Positions 11,800 to 24,300 of a DNA stretch of 64,000 bases are shown here, in pieces. The position numbers and the translations under genes are program-made. Below the pieces are notes generated by a model that saw nothing but the letters and a program-made list of their open reading frames with translations, had not been told where the DNA came from and did no database searches. The stretch is from the human T2T-CHM13v2.0 reference genome, Homo sapiens. Where the stretch lies: NCBI RefSeq assembly GCF_009914755.1, contig NC_060930.1; one strand, written 5' to 3'. Positions within the stretch are counted from its first letter, which is position 1, and each line of letters opens with the position of its first letter.

Positions 11800-13200
11800 G
11801 TCTCAGCATCTCGGGCGCCTTCCCCGCCAGGCACCCCCGGGGCGAACGAGGACCGTGGGCCTGTCCTGCCACCATCGCTCTGGAGGTGAGGATGCGGCTC
11901 CCGGACACCCGAGGGCGCCCTCCTGAGCCTGAGCGGGACAGAGCGGGGGTCGCGGGAGCTTCCCGGCGCCGGCGCAGCCCCAGGAGGAGGGACGGGTCCT
12001 CGCGGTGGGTGACGGTGTCACCGCCAGCATCGCCTCTCCCGGGTTTCGGGGTGGCCGGGGCGCCTCCTCACCGGGGCGGCCGCAGAGCAGGGACCCCAGT
12101 GCCTCCCATGGCCGCCCCGACAGGGGTCGTTCCCGCCCGGGGCCATTCTCACCGCATCGCGCCCGGGCGGGAGCAGCGCTGGGGCGGCCGGGGCTGGTCT
12201 CGGCGGCTCCTGGCCCAGGTTCGTGGCTCTCGCGTTCCCCGGGGTCTGGGCCTGCGCCGGCGGCGGGGCGCCTTCCACCCAGTGATGTGGCGATGCCTCC
12301 CGGGCTCATGGGGGAATGTCGGGTCGGCTTCGCGCTGGGCCCACGGCCTCCTCCCGGTGAGACGCCCTCAGGGCTCCCCCATCTCAGCGCCCGGGACGCC
12401 GCAGCCATCTCGGTGGGCTGAAGGGAAGTAAGATTCTTGCAGAGGGCGCCTGCCCCAGAAAACAAATTTCATGTACAGGTTTCAAAGAGGCCAAGACGTC
12501 CGTGGCTTCCTTCAGGAGAAAGCGGCAAAACCCACGCCCAGATCCGTTGTGCTTTCAGCTTTTCACCAGGAAACTCACTTTTCTATGTAAGAGCAAGCGA
12601 GTTCCACAGCGCGGGGAGGCCAGTGGAGAGGAGCGCGGCCTTGCCTGGCTCATGTCCTGTTTCCAGCTTGCCCTGAAAACGAATTACTAAATCCATGGAG
12701 GAAGAGCTTGGGGCCTGCCTGGTCCTCGGCCACGGTGGGGCTGGGGCCTGTGACTGCGTGTGCAGAGGGTCCGCGCCCAGGGCCCGGGAAAGGGGCTGCG
12801 CTGCCCCGAGCGAGTCCCCGGGCGCCCCCAGCCTGCTGCAGCCACCTCGGGCTCCACATTTCGGCCCCTTCTCCTCTCCGCTGCTCTGGGCTCAGCCACC
12901 AAGCTCCACGCTGTGGGCAGAATCCACTGGGGCGCAGGAAACCTCAGCTTCCGCAGCCCACCTGGCCTTCGCAGTCTTCCTCTCCAGGGTTTTATTTCAA
13001 CATGGCCTTTTCTGCTGCGACTCAGCTGTGGTAGGGGCCAAGTTTGGGTGTGTGAGGCCAGGGAGGTGCGTTGTGTTCTCGCGGAAGAGAGAGACGCAGC
13101 GAGGGAGCCCGGGCACACGGACCCAGCTCACCAACAGCAGCCAAACCACCAATTCTGTCCCGTGGCCCTTGGTGACCGGTGACAGGGAGGGAAGGAAACG
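11800..13200. promoter_or_regulatory. CpG island, probable promoter (likely of a non-coding transcript)
   Basis: Very high GC and CpG density in non-repetitive sequence; GC boxes (GGGGCGG at 12073, 12181); candidate donors AA/GTAAGA (12428) and TG/GTAGGG (13031). Confidence 0.75.
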
Positions 13201-13774
13201 TGGCCAGCTTCCGCCAGACCACAGGCGAACACAGGTGGGGCGGCCCACTGGCTTGGGCCTAGGAGCTGCAGGAGCAGGGGCCACGGTCCAGCCTGACGCC
13301 CCTCTCTTGGGGCAGGAAGTTCCCTCTGTCTGCCGTGAGCAGGGGCACTTGGGAGGGCCCAGCATAGGACCTCAGGAGCTCCCGGAGCAGCCTCAGCAGC
13401 CGCAACCCCTCGACCTTGTCCAGCATCACGCCCCGGTGCCAGGGAGACAGACCGAAGAATCCCACCACTGTGCAGGAGAGGAAGCCTACTTTAATTCTGT
13501 TCTTGAAGTAATGGCAGGTGAAGATTCGTATGTCATAATTAATTCCTCACTTCTTAGGAATCGCAGCGATTAGCTCTGTCATTCCTTTGTTATCAGAAAG
13601 AACTGTGAGTCCTGTTATTCTCACTGCTTCGCCATCTGTGAGCATGCGCAGCCCTCGGCTAAGTTTTCTAAAAGGAACATCACAGCGACTTCCCTGACCT
13701 CAGCCAGGACAAAAGGTGAAGTCTAGCACGACGACCCGTGCAGCCTGCATGGCTGGAGGCCCTCCCTTCCCGGT

Positions 13775-14260
13775 CTCTGGGCACAGGTGCGGGGCCGTGC
13801 GCGTGCGTGCTCCTCCAGGGTTCCTCCGGGCACGGGTGCGGGGCCGTGCGCGTGCGTGCGCCTCCACGGGTCCTCCGGGCACAGGTGCGGGGCCGTGCGC
13901 GTGCTTGCGCCTCCATGGTTCCTCCGGGCACAGGTGTGGGGCCGTGCGCGTGCGTGCGCCTCCATGGTTCCTCCGGGCACAGGTGTGGGGCCGTGCGCGT
14001 GCGTGCGCCTCCATGGTTCCTCCGGGCACGGGTGCGGGGCCGTGCGCGTGCGTGCGCCTCCACGGGTCCTCCGGGCACAGGTGCGGGGCCGTGCGCGTGC
14101 TTGCGCCTCCATGGTTCCTCCGGGCACAGGTGTGGGGCCGTGCGCGTGCGTGCGCCTCCACGGTTCCTCCGAGCACAGGTGCGGGGCTGTGCTCGGAGCG
14201 CCTCCAGGTTCCTCTGGGCACAGGTGCAGGGCCGTGCACCAAGTGCCTCCATGGTTCCTG
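13775..14260. repeat. CpG-rich minisatellite, 49 bp unit, ~10 copies
   Basis: Unit GCACAGGTGCGGGGCCGTGCGCGTGCGTGCGCCTCCATGGTTCCTCCGG; starts at 13781, 13830 and onward. Confidence 0.97.
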
Positions 14261-14959
14261 TGAAGGAGTGCGATGTCTCTGTAATTTTTGTCCTCAGCTC
14301 CGGTTTACCACAGCTTAGGCCTTTGGGGTCATTTTAAAGTAGTAAAGAAGCTTGAAAGGTAATCCCAAACCAGGTGGTCCTTAAATCATTACTGGGTTCG
14401 AAGAATAATTATCATCAGAATAATTTATTATGCATATAATTGTAACTGTGCCCTGTGGACACTGCACATGGTTAAATCAACACCAGGAGGGTATTTTGGT
14501 TTCTAAGAACTTTAAAAATATAAGGCAGATGGCATTAATACAGACAAGTAATGAATGAATAAGAATTCATAACAATGAAGCTCTAATGCAACGTATGATT
14601 GAATAGGGCAGCTTAGAAGCCTGGAAATTAGGAGGCTCGGTAAGATGAATTGGGTGGTGGTTTCCAAACCTCCTACCAGCATTTGGAAGAGATCCCAGGG
14701 ATCAGGGCATCTCCAGAATCCAAGCCAGCTCTGCATGTCCAGCCAGTGCCTGCAGCATTTTGGTGCTGAGATAGCATCGTGGGTGGCCCATGGAAGGACG
14801 TGTTTGATGGAAGGGAGATAAGAAATGGCCCTAATAAGGAAAGGAAAAACTCTAAGCTGGCCAGAGCTTCCAAGTTGTCCACCTGAGGACTTGGAAGAGT
14901 CGATGATCTGAGCTTGCATCTGCAGGGCTGAGGGTGAGCAGGGGTGAGGGTAGCAGAGA

Positions 14960-15230
14960 TAAGAGCTTGAGCCAAGGAGTAAGGGGTGTGACCCACCCCT
15001 TGCTTGAGCATGGTCTGTGCTGATGGTGCACTTCTCACCAACAGCAGGGCACAGGGTGTGGGGCATCCAGTCTGAGATTAGGTTAAAAAGACTGTGGCTT
15101 TTGCTTTGGGGACACTCCCGGCTCATGCTGTTCCGTGCCCTCCGCCCGTCATAAGGACACTTGGCAGCCCTGGGAAGGGGTCACATGGGGAGGACCAGGG
15201 CCTGTGGGCAGCCTGGTGAGGGGCTCAGAC
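14960..15230 (+). mobile_element. MLT1F-like LTR fragment
   Basis: CTGAGATTAGGTTAAAAAGACTGTGGCTT...GCAGCCCTGGGAAGGGGTCACATGGGGAGGA. Confidence 0.6.
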
Positions 15231-15249
15231 ACCCCACAGGAGCCTGCAG

Positions 15250-15400
15250 GGGCAGGAAGAGATTTGGGGGAGAGGAAAAGATTTGCTATTTAGGTTGTGG
15301 TACTGGTTTCTTGGCTGTATACATATGTTAGGCTGATAATACTTCAATTGCACGCTGTTTATCACACTTTAATTATACACTAATGAGACTGTAAAAACTG
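15250..15400 (+). mobile_element. L1ME-type 3' terminus
   Basis: GTATACATATGTT...TAATTATACACTAATGAGACTGTAAAAA terminal motif. Confidence 0.55.
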
Positions 15401-17281
15401 AGGAGGTGGCATTATTCGTGGAGAAGAAAAAGCTCAGATTAAACAGGCAGTGGGAAGACATGGTGTTCAGGGGAGGTGAGCCCAGGCGTGCAGATGCTGA
15501 GCATGGGCGGTATTTGTCAGGTGATGGAGAAGCTGGCATGCATTATACCTGGCAGGAGTTTGAAGATCTTCCATCTGTGTTTGGATGGCCGCATTGGCTG
15601 CAGGGCGTGTAGACAGTGTTGTTGAGAATTGGCTTGAGTGCAAAGGTTAAAATGTACAGTCACTCTGGGGAGTAGAAAGTTTTGCCCTTTTTGAGGTGTA
15701 GGGCATGACCTTTAACACTCCCACCATCAGCAGGGAGAAGAGGAATGAAAAGCACAGGAAAACAGGCCAGGGAGTTCATGGATGGAAATGGCATCACAGG
15801 CAACAGCCACTCACGAAGATGGACGAGGACCCAAGAGAGAACCAGCGCTGCTCTACACCTGCCTGTCAGTTCGTAGTGGAGAGGGGCACTGTCCGCCGAG
15901 CCTCCATCCGTGGAAACGCTCCTCTTCGAGCCCGGCCATTGCTCTGGCTGGGCCTGGTGAGGAATGGCCGACATCACGGACAGTGGCCTTTCCTAGCCCT
16001 GACCCTGCAGAGTGCCTCTGGAGCGCATAGTGCTGGCGGACAGGAAGTCAGCAGATCGAAGACAGGGTCCCGGCTTCACGGTGGGTGAGCCGTGTGATGT
16101 TTGGGCAAGTCCCTCATGCTCTGTAAGTCTCTCCACTGAGCTGGGTGTGAACGTGGTGCTCTGTGGCAGTGGCACGTGATGACTCCTGCATGGAGTTCTC
16201 GTCTCAGCAGGGGCAGTGCCTTGCACCCCGATTTTCAAGCAGCAACCTGAGAGTCCTGGGAGGCCCGTCTTTTCCCCTCGGTCTTTCTGTTGGCCCCACC
16301 ACTCACATATTTCAGGCCTCACCAAGTCCTGTTAATCCCATTTCCAAAAAATGCCTGGAAGCTTCTACTCCTGGCTCTGCAGCCTCCACCTTTCTCTGAG
16401 CTCTGCGGACGCTTCCTCACATCAGCCCTGGATGACTCCAGGAGCCTCCAAAGGGAGCCCCTGCTTCCTGTTCCCCTCCCCTGCGACCTGCTGCCCATGT
16501 GCTCCCAAGGGGCTCGTTCCTCCGTGTGGATGGGATCGTGTTCCTGCTCCCCTGCCCCACAACCCACTGCCCGTGTGCACCCGAGGGGCACGTTTTTCTG
16601 TGTGAGTGGGATCATGAGCCTCTTTCCTTGGTAGATGTTCTCTTTGCGCTGGAATGAAACCTCAGCTCCCCTGTGACAGGAAGCTCCCCATGGGCCAGTG
16701 CTGGGTTTTGGTCTGTCGGCATGTGCTCTCCACCCAGAGAAGACTCACAGCTGGCTGCTCCTCTCACCCCTGAGGCTTCACAGTAAACATCGACTCACAG
16801 GAGGGGACCACGTGATTCCCACCGCGTGTCCTGTTCCCTCCATGGAGCATGAGCTTGACCATGGTACAAAGCACCGCACAGCTGCTTTAACCCTGGGAGA
16901 GAAGTGTCTTTATGAGATTCTCTGTGTCCCCAGGAAATGCTGCCTTCTCCTGTGAAGCAGTCAGTGGGCCAGGCCCAGTCCTTAAAGATGCAGAGAACCC
17001 AACAGGCCCCTCTTCTGCTCACAGCTTCACCTTATGTTATGCAAAATCCCCACACCACTAGAGCATGCTGGCACTGGGTCATGGGTGCCTGCATTTCCCG
17101 CAAGCTTGTGACTCGGGGTGCGATACCTCAGCCCGTTTCCAAGCAGCCCCATGAGATCAGGGCTTATTGTGTTTGCTCCATGTATCATGAGGGTGCATCC
17201 TGAGAAGGAGAGACTCGCAGGTGGGTGCAAATGATTTGCAGTCACAGAGGAGCCAAGAGCTCCTGACGGGACTAATGAAAG

Positions 17282-17598
17282 CATGCCTCACTTTAGCCCT
17301 GGGCCGGGTTCACGCCTCACCTTAGCCCTGGGCCGGGTTCACGCCTCACCTTAGCCCTGGGCCGGGTTCACGCCTCACCTTAGCCCTGGGCCGGGTTCAC
17401 GCCTCACCTTAGCCCTGGGCCGGGTTCACGCCTCACCTTAGCCCTGGGCCGGGTTCACGCCTCACCTTAGCCCTGGGCCGGGTTCACGCCTCACCTTAGC
17501 CCTGGGCCGGGTTCACGCCTCACCTTAGCCCTGGGCCGGGTTCACGCCTCACCTTAGCCCTGGGCCGGGTTCATGCCTCACCTTAACCCTGGGCCAGG
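17282..17598. repeat. Near-perfect minisatellite, 29 bp unit, ~10.8 copies
   Basis: Unit GCCTCACCTTAGCCCTGGGCCGGGTTCAC; internal copies appear identical. Confidence 0.98.
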
Positions 17599-17909
17599 CT
17601 GCTGTGTGCCATGTGCTGTTTCTTCATCGGGGGGTTTGGGTACAGAAATACTAAAAATGAATCTTGAAAGAGGTACCGATGGCTTCTTGCGGTTTTTTGG
17701 ATACAAACAGATTGGTTTTTTCTCAAAGAAGATGAGTGACTATGTTGTCAGTGTCATGGTGCAAAGATGAATACGCACCTGCGGCTAACAAAGCTCCCAG
17801 CGATGGGGGATGACCTCGCAAATGTGTCGTGAAATGTGCAGAAGAGGGTTTCATATGCAGGACAGAAGTATCTGGGTGATAGGTGAGCAGTCATTTCTCA
17901 CTTACTCAT

Positions 17910-18699
<790 letters not shown>

Positions 18700-20089
18700 G
18701 CTTGGAGGGCAGTGGCTGTGGTGCCCGCCTTCCTCCAACAGAAGACGGGCACCAGGAGCTCATTCTGCAGATTCTTTCTGTCACCACCTGTGCGGTCTCG
18801 GTGGTCACAGCCCAGGTTCAGTGGCAGGATGCTGTCCCCGTTCTTTTAATCTCAAGTAAGCGTATGAGGACAGAGTGCCTGGTGGATCCCCGTCCCCCGT
18901 GGGCACTGTCCCTGGACTCTTACCATGAGACCTGCTCTGGGCATCAGCTCCAGCTCTGGGCTCTGGGTGCCACCTTTGCCCAGCCCTCCCTTCTATTGCA
19001 TGACCAGCAAGACCAAGAGCCCTAATAAAGGACAGCAAGGTTAATGGTTTGGACGAGGAAAAGCTGGGATTTTAGGAACAACGGCTGCCAGGCCCTGTCC
19101 TAAAGGGAGAGTGGAGTCTCTGGAGGAGCCTGAGGTGGCCCCAGGGACTCAGGAACCTGCGGCTGAGAGCTGGAGAGCGTGGCTCACACAGGTAACCCTG
19201 GGACCAGCGCAGTCAGCCGGGAGAAGGCTGAGCATGCTGGGGCACACTCCGTTTTAGTGGCCCCGAGTTTGTTCTATTTTCTGTTGAGCCAGAAAGAGGA
19301 GATTGTATTGGATTCCCTTGATCCAGGGTTGCAGGCCTGTTTCTGAGTTACTGATTTCTGTGCCAAATGAGTCTCCTTGCTCGCTGGTCAAAGACCTTGT
19401 CCGTTCTCTTTTTCTGTTTTTTTTTTTTTAAGCCTCTGGGGAATTCTCCCCATAAATCATGTTTCCCTGCTACTGAGCAGTTGAAGTGAGAAACCATAGC
19501 TGGCACTGCCCCTGCAGAGTAGCCAAGGGCACCTGGCCAGGGCGTCGGCCGCAGCGTCAGTGGTGGAGCTGGCCCAGCAAAGCTGCCCTCCCCGGCAGTT
19601 TCTCCACCTGCGTCTTTCTGCTGAAGCCCCTCCGTCTTTCCCCACTGCTCCCACAGTCTTCTCTGGACCTGGGCTGCACACTCTCTCCTCTCTGCCCCTT
19701 TCCTCTCCTCCCTCCCAAGCACCCCAAGATCAAGGGCATGGAGCCAGCATATGGTTCTCAGGAGCCGTGGCCGGTCCAGGCGAGAGGCTTCCGGACGCAG
19801 AAAGGCCATGGCTGTGGCAGTGCATGCGCCCCTGGGTGCAGGCTCCCCCAGCACATCCCCATCCGACAGAGGCCCAGTCCCACACGGCCTCGTCAGGATG
19901 AACTGTGTCTCAAGCGACTGGTTTTCCTGGGGTGGAAGGCACCATCAGTGAGAGGTAGAAGGAGGCTGGGCTGTGGCCTGGCTGTGCTGGTCAGTTGGTT
20001 CCTGTGCCCAGGGGGAGTGCTTGGCAAGTCACTGGGCTCTTGCCCTCCTTGTGGGAAGATTTTTAGGGGAGGGAAGAGTACACCTAAAA

Positions 20090-20492
20090 ACAGAGACGTC
20101 ATTAGCCCTGGATCTCCCTGGTGAGCACTTCTGTGGTAGCCTGAATCCTCCAACACAACCTGTCTGTCACAGACATAGATTCTGAAAAGAAGCACGTGGT
20201 CTAGACCCTGGATCGCTCAGCAGAAAAGTGTCATGAGCACTGCACCTTCCAATAAGAAGCATCTCCCGTAGCCCTGGATCCACCAAGAGACCCTGTCATT
20301 AGCCCTGGATATCCCAGAAGGAATGCAAGGTCTTCCAGCAAGAAACATCTGCATAGCCCTAAGTCCCTGAACAAGGAATGCCTGTCATTAGCCCTGAAAC
20401 CCAAGAAGAAACACCTCAGGCCACTGGGCCCCCCAGTGAGAAATGCCTGTCACAGCCCTGGCTGCCCTGAGGAAGAAAATGCCTGTTCTTAG
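20090..20492. repeat. Highly decayed minisatellite (~33-36 bp, ~11 units)
   Basis: Recurring TGTCATTAGCCCTGGAT / AGAAATGCCTGTC / TAGCCCTG motifs near 20097, 20268, 20294, 20383, 20444. Confidence 0.7.
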
Positions 20493-23051
20493 CTGCTGGG
20501 TCGGTGGGTAGTTTTGGCAAATGCTGCTCCACGGGCCCGGGGCCTCCTGTGCCTGCAGAGGCAGGAGGGCCAGTTCCCGCAGCTGCACCCAGTTTATTGC
20601 TCCCAGCCGTGCGCAGCCTCACCCAGATGGCTGCCAGGATGCATGTGGCGCAGCCCGGGGCCGTCCCTCTGATCTGGAGCCTGGGTGGTCAGTGGGTTTC
20701 CCAGGCAGTACGGTGGCCTGCGGCCAGGACGGAGCAGTGAGGGGCAGGCTCACCGGGCTGTGGAGGGAGTGGCCAGCATGTGGGCAGGCCCAGGTCTGGG
20801 GCATAGGCACTCATGCATGGCTGCTAGGGCACCAGCGGCCCTGATGTTTGTGCCCTGGGGGTGTGAGCACTGGCTTGAGGCAGGGCCTGGGGCAGCGGCA
20901 CTGGAACCCGTGTGGTAGGGCCGGAAAGCACTCAGAGCGGCTCCTGAGTAGCAGCAACTTTGTTTCCAGGTCATCCCTGCTTGGCCAGCAGCTGGGGCAC
21001 AGGAGCATGCAGGCTGCAGCCCTCAGGCACAGGGCAGCGGCAGTGGGCAGTTTAGGGACCACCAGACGCCCCGGGCGCCGGTGACAGGGGACTTGCCTCA
21101 CTGCTCACCACAGAGCCCCGGCAACCCCGGGATCACAGAGACCCGGCCGCCCCAGGAGCACAGAGACCCGGCAACCCAGGAGCATGCCTCCTTGGCCCCA
21201 GTTCCGAACAGGGCTTGTGCGGTGAGGGGCGAGGGCTGTCCTGTGCTCCCTACACCCGCAGAAGCCGTCTGGCCAAGTGCCCGCCTGCCCAGAGGTACAT
21301 CCATCCTGGGGCCTGGAGCACGCAGCCCCGGGAGCCCTTCATGTGTGTCCGCAGGGCGCCGTTGACCCCGGTACACGCCCCGGGTTCCTGTGGGGGCTGC
21401 GCCTCCTTGATTTTCGGCCTATGTCTGAACAGAATGGGCCATCCCAGGAGGAGTCACCTAGACTGCTTGCTTGCCCCGCAGGACCCAATCTCCAGGCCGG
21501 GATCCTGGTCTCTGTCCACTCTGACAGCCTTGCCCACCCGGCCTTTGTGCCCAGGCTTAGGGCACTCCCAGGTCCCGGCGTTCCCACTGCACCTGGGGCC
21601 TCGCCCTCCCTAGACCCCGGCTCCTTGGCTTTTCCTTGGGCTCCGCCATGTCTCTCCACCGTGTCTGTCTCCACTGTCTCTCTGCTGTGCCTCCATCATG
21701 CCCGCAGCGCCCGCAAGCGCCCTTTGAATAATTGATTTGGTGCAGCTTGAAGCCGCCTGGGACGCTGGAGCCCCTGCCTGCTACTGAGGGATGACAGACC
21801 TCACTGGCTTCCTGCAGAGCCCAGCGCCCGGGTCCTGCTTGTCACTGGCCTTGGTTGAGACCCCTTGTCTAGGTCATGATTTATTTTGAGGTTTAGTGCG
21901 ACCACATGTCAGTGCTGAGGAGAATGATGATCAGATAGTGAATGAGACAAGGATGTAACCGTGAAGATGAAGGCAACGTTTGCCAGACTCCGGGCTCCAT
22001 GCCACATACGCCAAGTCTCACCACATCTACCCCCAGAAGAGCCCAGCCTGGAGGGAAATGCCTTGGATTCACTGGCCTTGTAGGTGGGTAACAGCCCTAG
22101 TGTTGCCAGGAGCCCCCAAGTACCACAGCCTCGGTCTGGGTCACCCAGGACTCTCGTGCAGTGGGTGCGTTCCTCGCTCACTGTCTTCCCTGCCCCAAAC
22201 AGACTTTCTTCAAGCGATTGCCGGGCCACGGCCTAGGTCTGGGCAACTGCCCCCTCATCTCAGGGACTCCGCACGGCACCCCTGTGAAGTGAAGTCTCTC
22301 TCGTCATGGTTTACAGATGAGCGCCTAGTCCAGAGGCCCAGGGTCTGACCCAGGCAGTGGGGGGAGGCTAGGACCCTCAGGGAGGACTACGCACACAGAG
22401 GCAGCTCTCCCCACCCCGTTCCCGGGCTGCAGAAGGGGTGCTCTGGGCCTTCTTCCCACTGTCTTTGGCACATAGCTTGTTTTATGTGGAAATGAGAGAA
22501 CCACCTGAAGGTGCTGCCTGCAGGTCAGTGGCCACCATGGGAAAGGGCTGCCTCCACCCTGGGCTGTGGGCGTCCATCCTCAAAGCTTATTTCAAGAAGA
22601 AAAGAAAGATGAATGCAGGGTGTCCTGCCCTCTGGAAAAAAATCGCTGTTTTTAATTACAAGACAATGAGTGCATGCATTTGGAGAAGAACAGAGTGCCC
22701 AGGGCCTTCTGAGGATAATGAGCTTCTGGTGACCACACACAAGCCTCTGGGCCCATGGAAAACACTCCATTGCTGGACTTGCATCTCAGGCCTTAGAGAG
22801 GCATGGTGGGGAAGACAGGTGAGCCACCCAAGTCTGCACACTCGGGGTCTGCACTTGTCAGTGATCCTGGGACAGTGGGAGCAGGTACCTTTTACCAATT
22901 CAGGATGGGGCAGGAGGACAGTGCTGTTCTTGACACAACTGTGTGTGCAGCAGGTGAGGCCACTGTTCCCAAACGTCAGAGCAATCTCGGGCAGCAGGCA
23001 GCCAGACACAAGCACCAGAGACCAGGGCTCTGGCTGTGTCCCACTGCAGGC

Positions 23052-24300
23052 TGGCTGTGTTCATGTGACTGTGGAGGATGGCTGTGCCCATGTCACTGTG
23101 GAGGGTGGGTGCGCCCATGTCACTGTGCAGGGTGGGTGCGCCCATGTCACTGTGCAGGGTGGGTGCACCCATGTCACTGTGGAGGGTGCCTGCGCCCATG
23201 TCACTGTGCAGGGTGGGTGCGCCCATGTCACTGTGGAGGGTGGCTGCGCCCATGTCACTGTGCAGGGTGGGTGCGCCCATGTCACTGTGGAGGGTGGCTG
23301 CGCCCATGTCAGTGTGCAGGGTGGGTGAGCCCATGTCACTGTGGAGGGTGGGTGCGCCCATGTCACTGTGCAGGGTGGGTGCGCCCATGTCACTGTGGAG
23401 GGTGCCTGCGCCCATGTCACTGTGGAGGGTGGGTGCGCCCATGTCACTGTGGAGGGTGGCTGCGCCCATGTCACTGTGCAGGGTGGGTGCGCCCATGTCA
23501 CTGTGGAGGGTGGCTGCGCCCATGTCAGTGTGCAGGGTGGGTGAGCCCATGTCACTGTGGAGGGTGGGTGCGCCCATGTCACTGTGCAGGGTGGGTGCGC
23601 CCATGTCACTGTGGAGGGTGGTGCGCCCATGTCACTGTGCAGGGTGGGTGCTCCCATGTCACTGTGCAGGGTGGCTGCGCCCATGTCACTGTGGAGGGTG
23701 GCTGCGCCCATGTCACTGTGCAGGGTGGGTGCGCCCATGTCACTGTGGAGGGTGCCTGCGCCCATGTCACTGTGCAGGGTGGTACACCCATGTCACTGTG
23801 GAGGGTGGTGCGCCCATGTCACTGTGGAGGGTGGTGCGCCCATGTCACTGTGGAGGGTGGGTGAGCCCATGTCACTGTGGAGGGTGGGTGAGCCCATGTC
23901 ACTGTGGAGGGTGGTGCGCCCATGTCACTGTGGAGGGTGGGTGCGCCCATGTCACTGTGGAGGGTGCCTGCGCCCATGTCACTGTGCAGGGTGGGTGCGC
24001 CCATGTCACTGTGGAGGGTGCCTGCGCCCATGTCACTGCGGAGGGTGGGTGAGCCCGTGTCACTGCTGAGGGTGGATGCGCCCATGTCACTGTGGAGGGT
24101 GCCTGCGCCCATGTCACTGTGCAGGGTGGTACACCCATGTCACTGTGGAGGGTGGTGCGCCCATGTCACTGTGGAGGGTGGGTGCGCCCATGTCACTGTG
24201 GAGGGTGGCTGCACCCATGTCACTGTAGATAGTGCCTGCACCTATGTCACTGTAGACATGGTGTGCTACCATGAGGGTGTGCACAGTGTCACTATGTGGA
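23052..24300. repeat. Large VNTR, 27 bp unit (some 26 bp variants), ~45 copies
   Basis: Unit GCCCATGTCACTGTGGAGGGTGGGTGC; translates as AHVTVEGGC / RPCHCGGWV / PMSLWRVGA. Confidence 0.98.

Noticed and set aside
13680-14337. Overlapping ORFs in six frames
   Set aside because: Products of the 49 bp GC-rich VNTR
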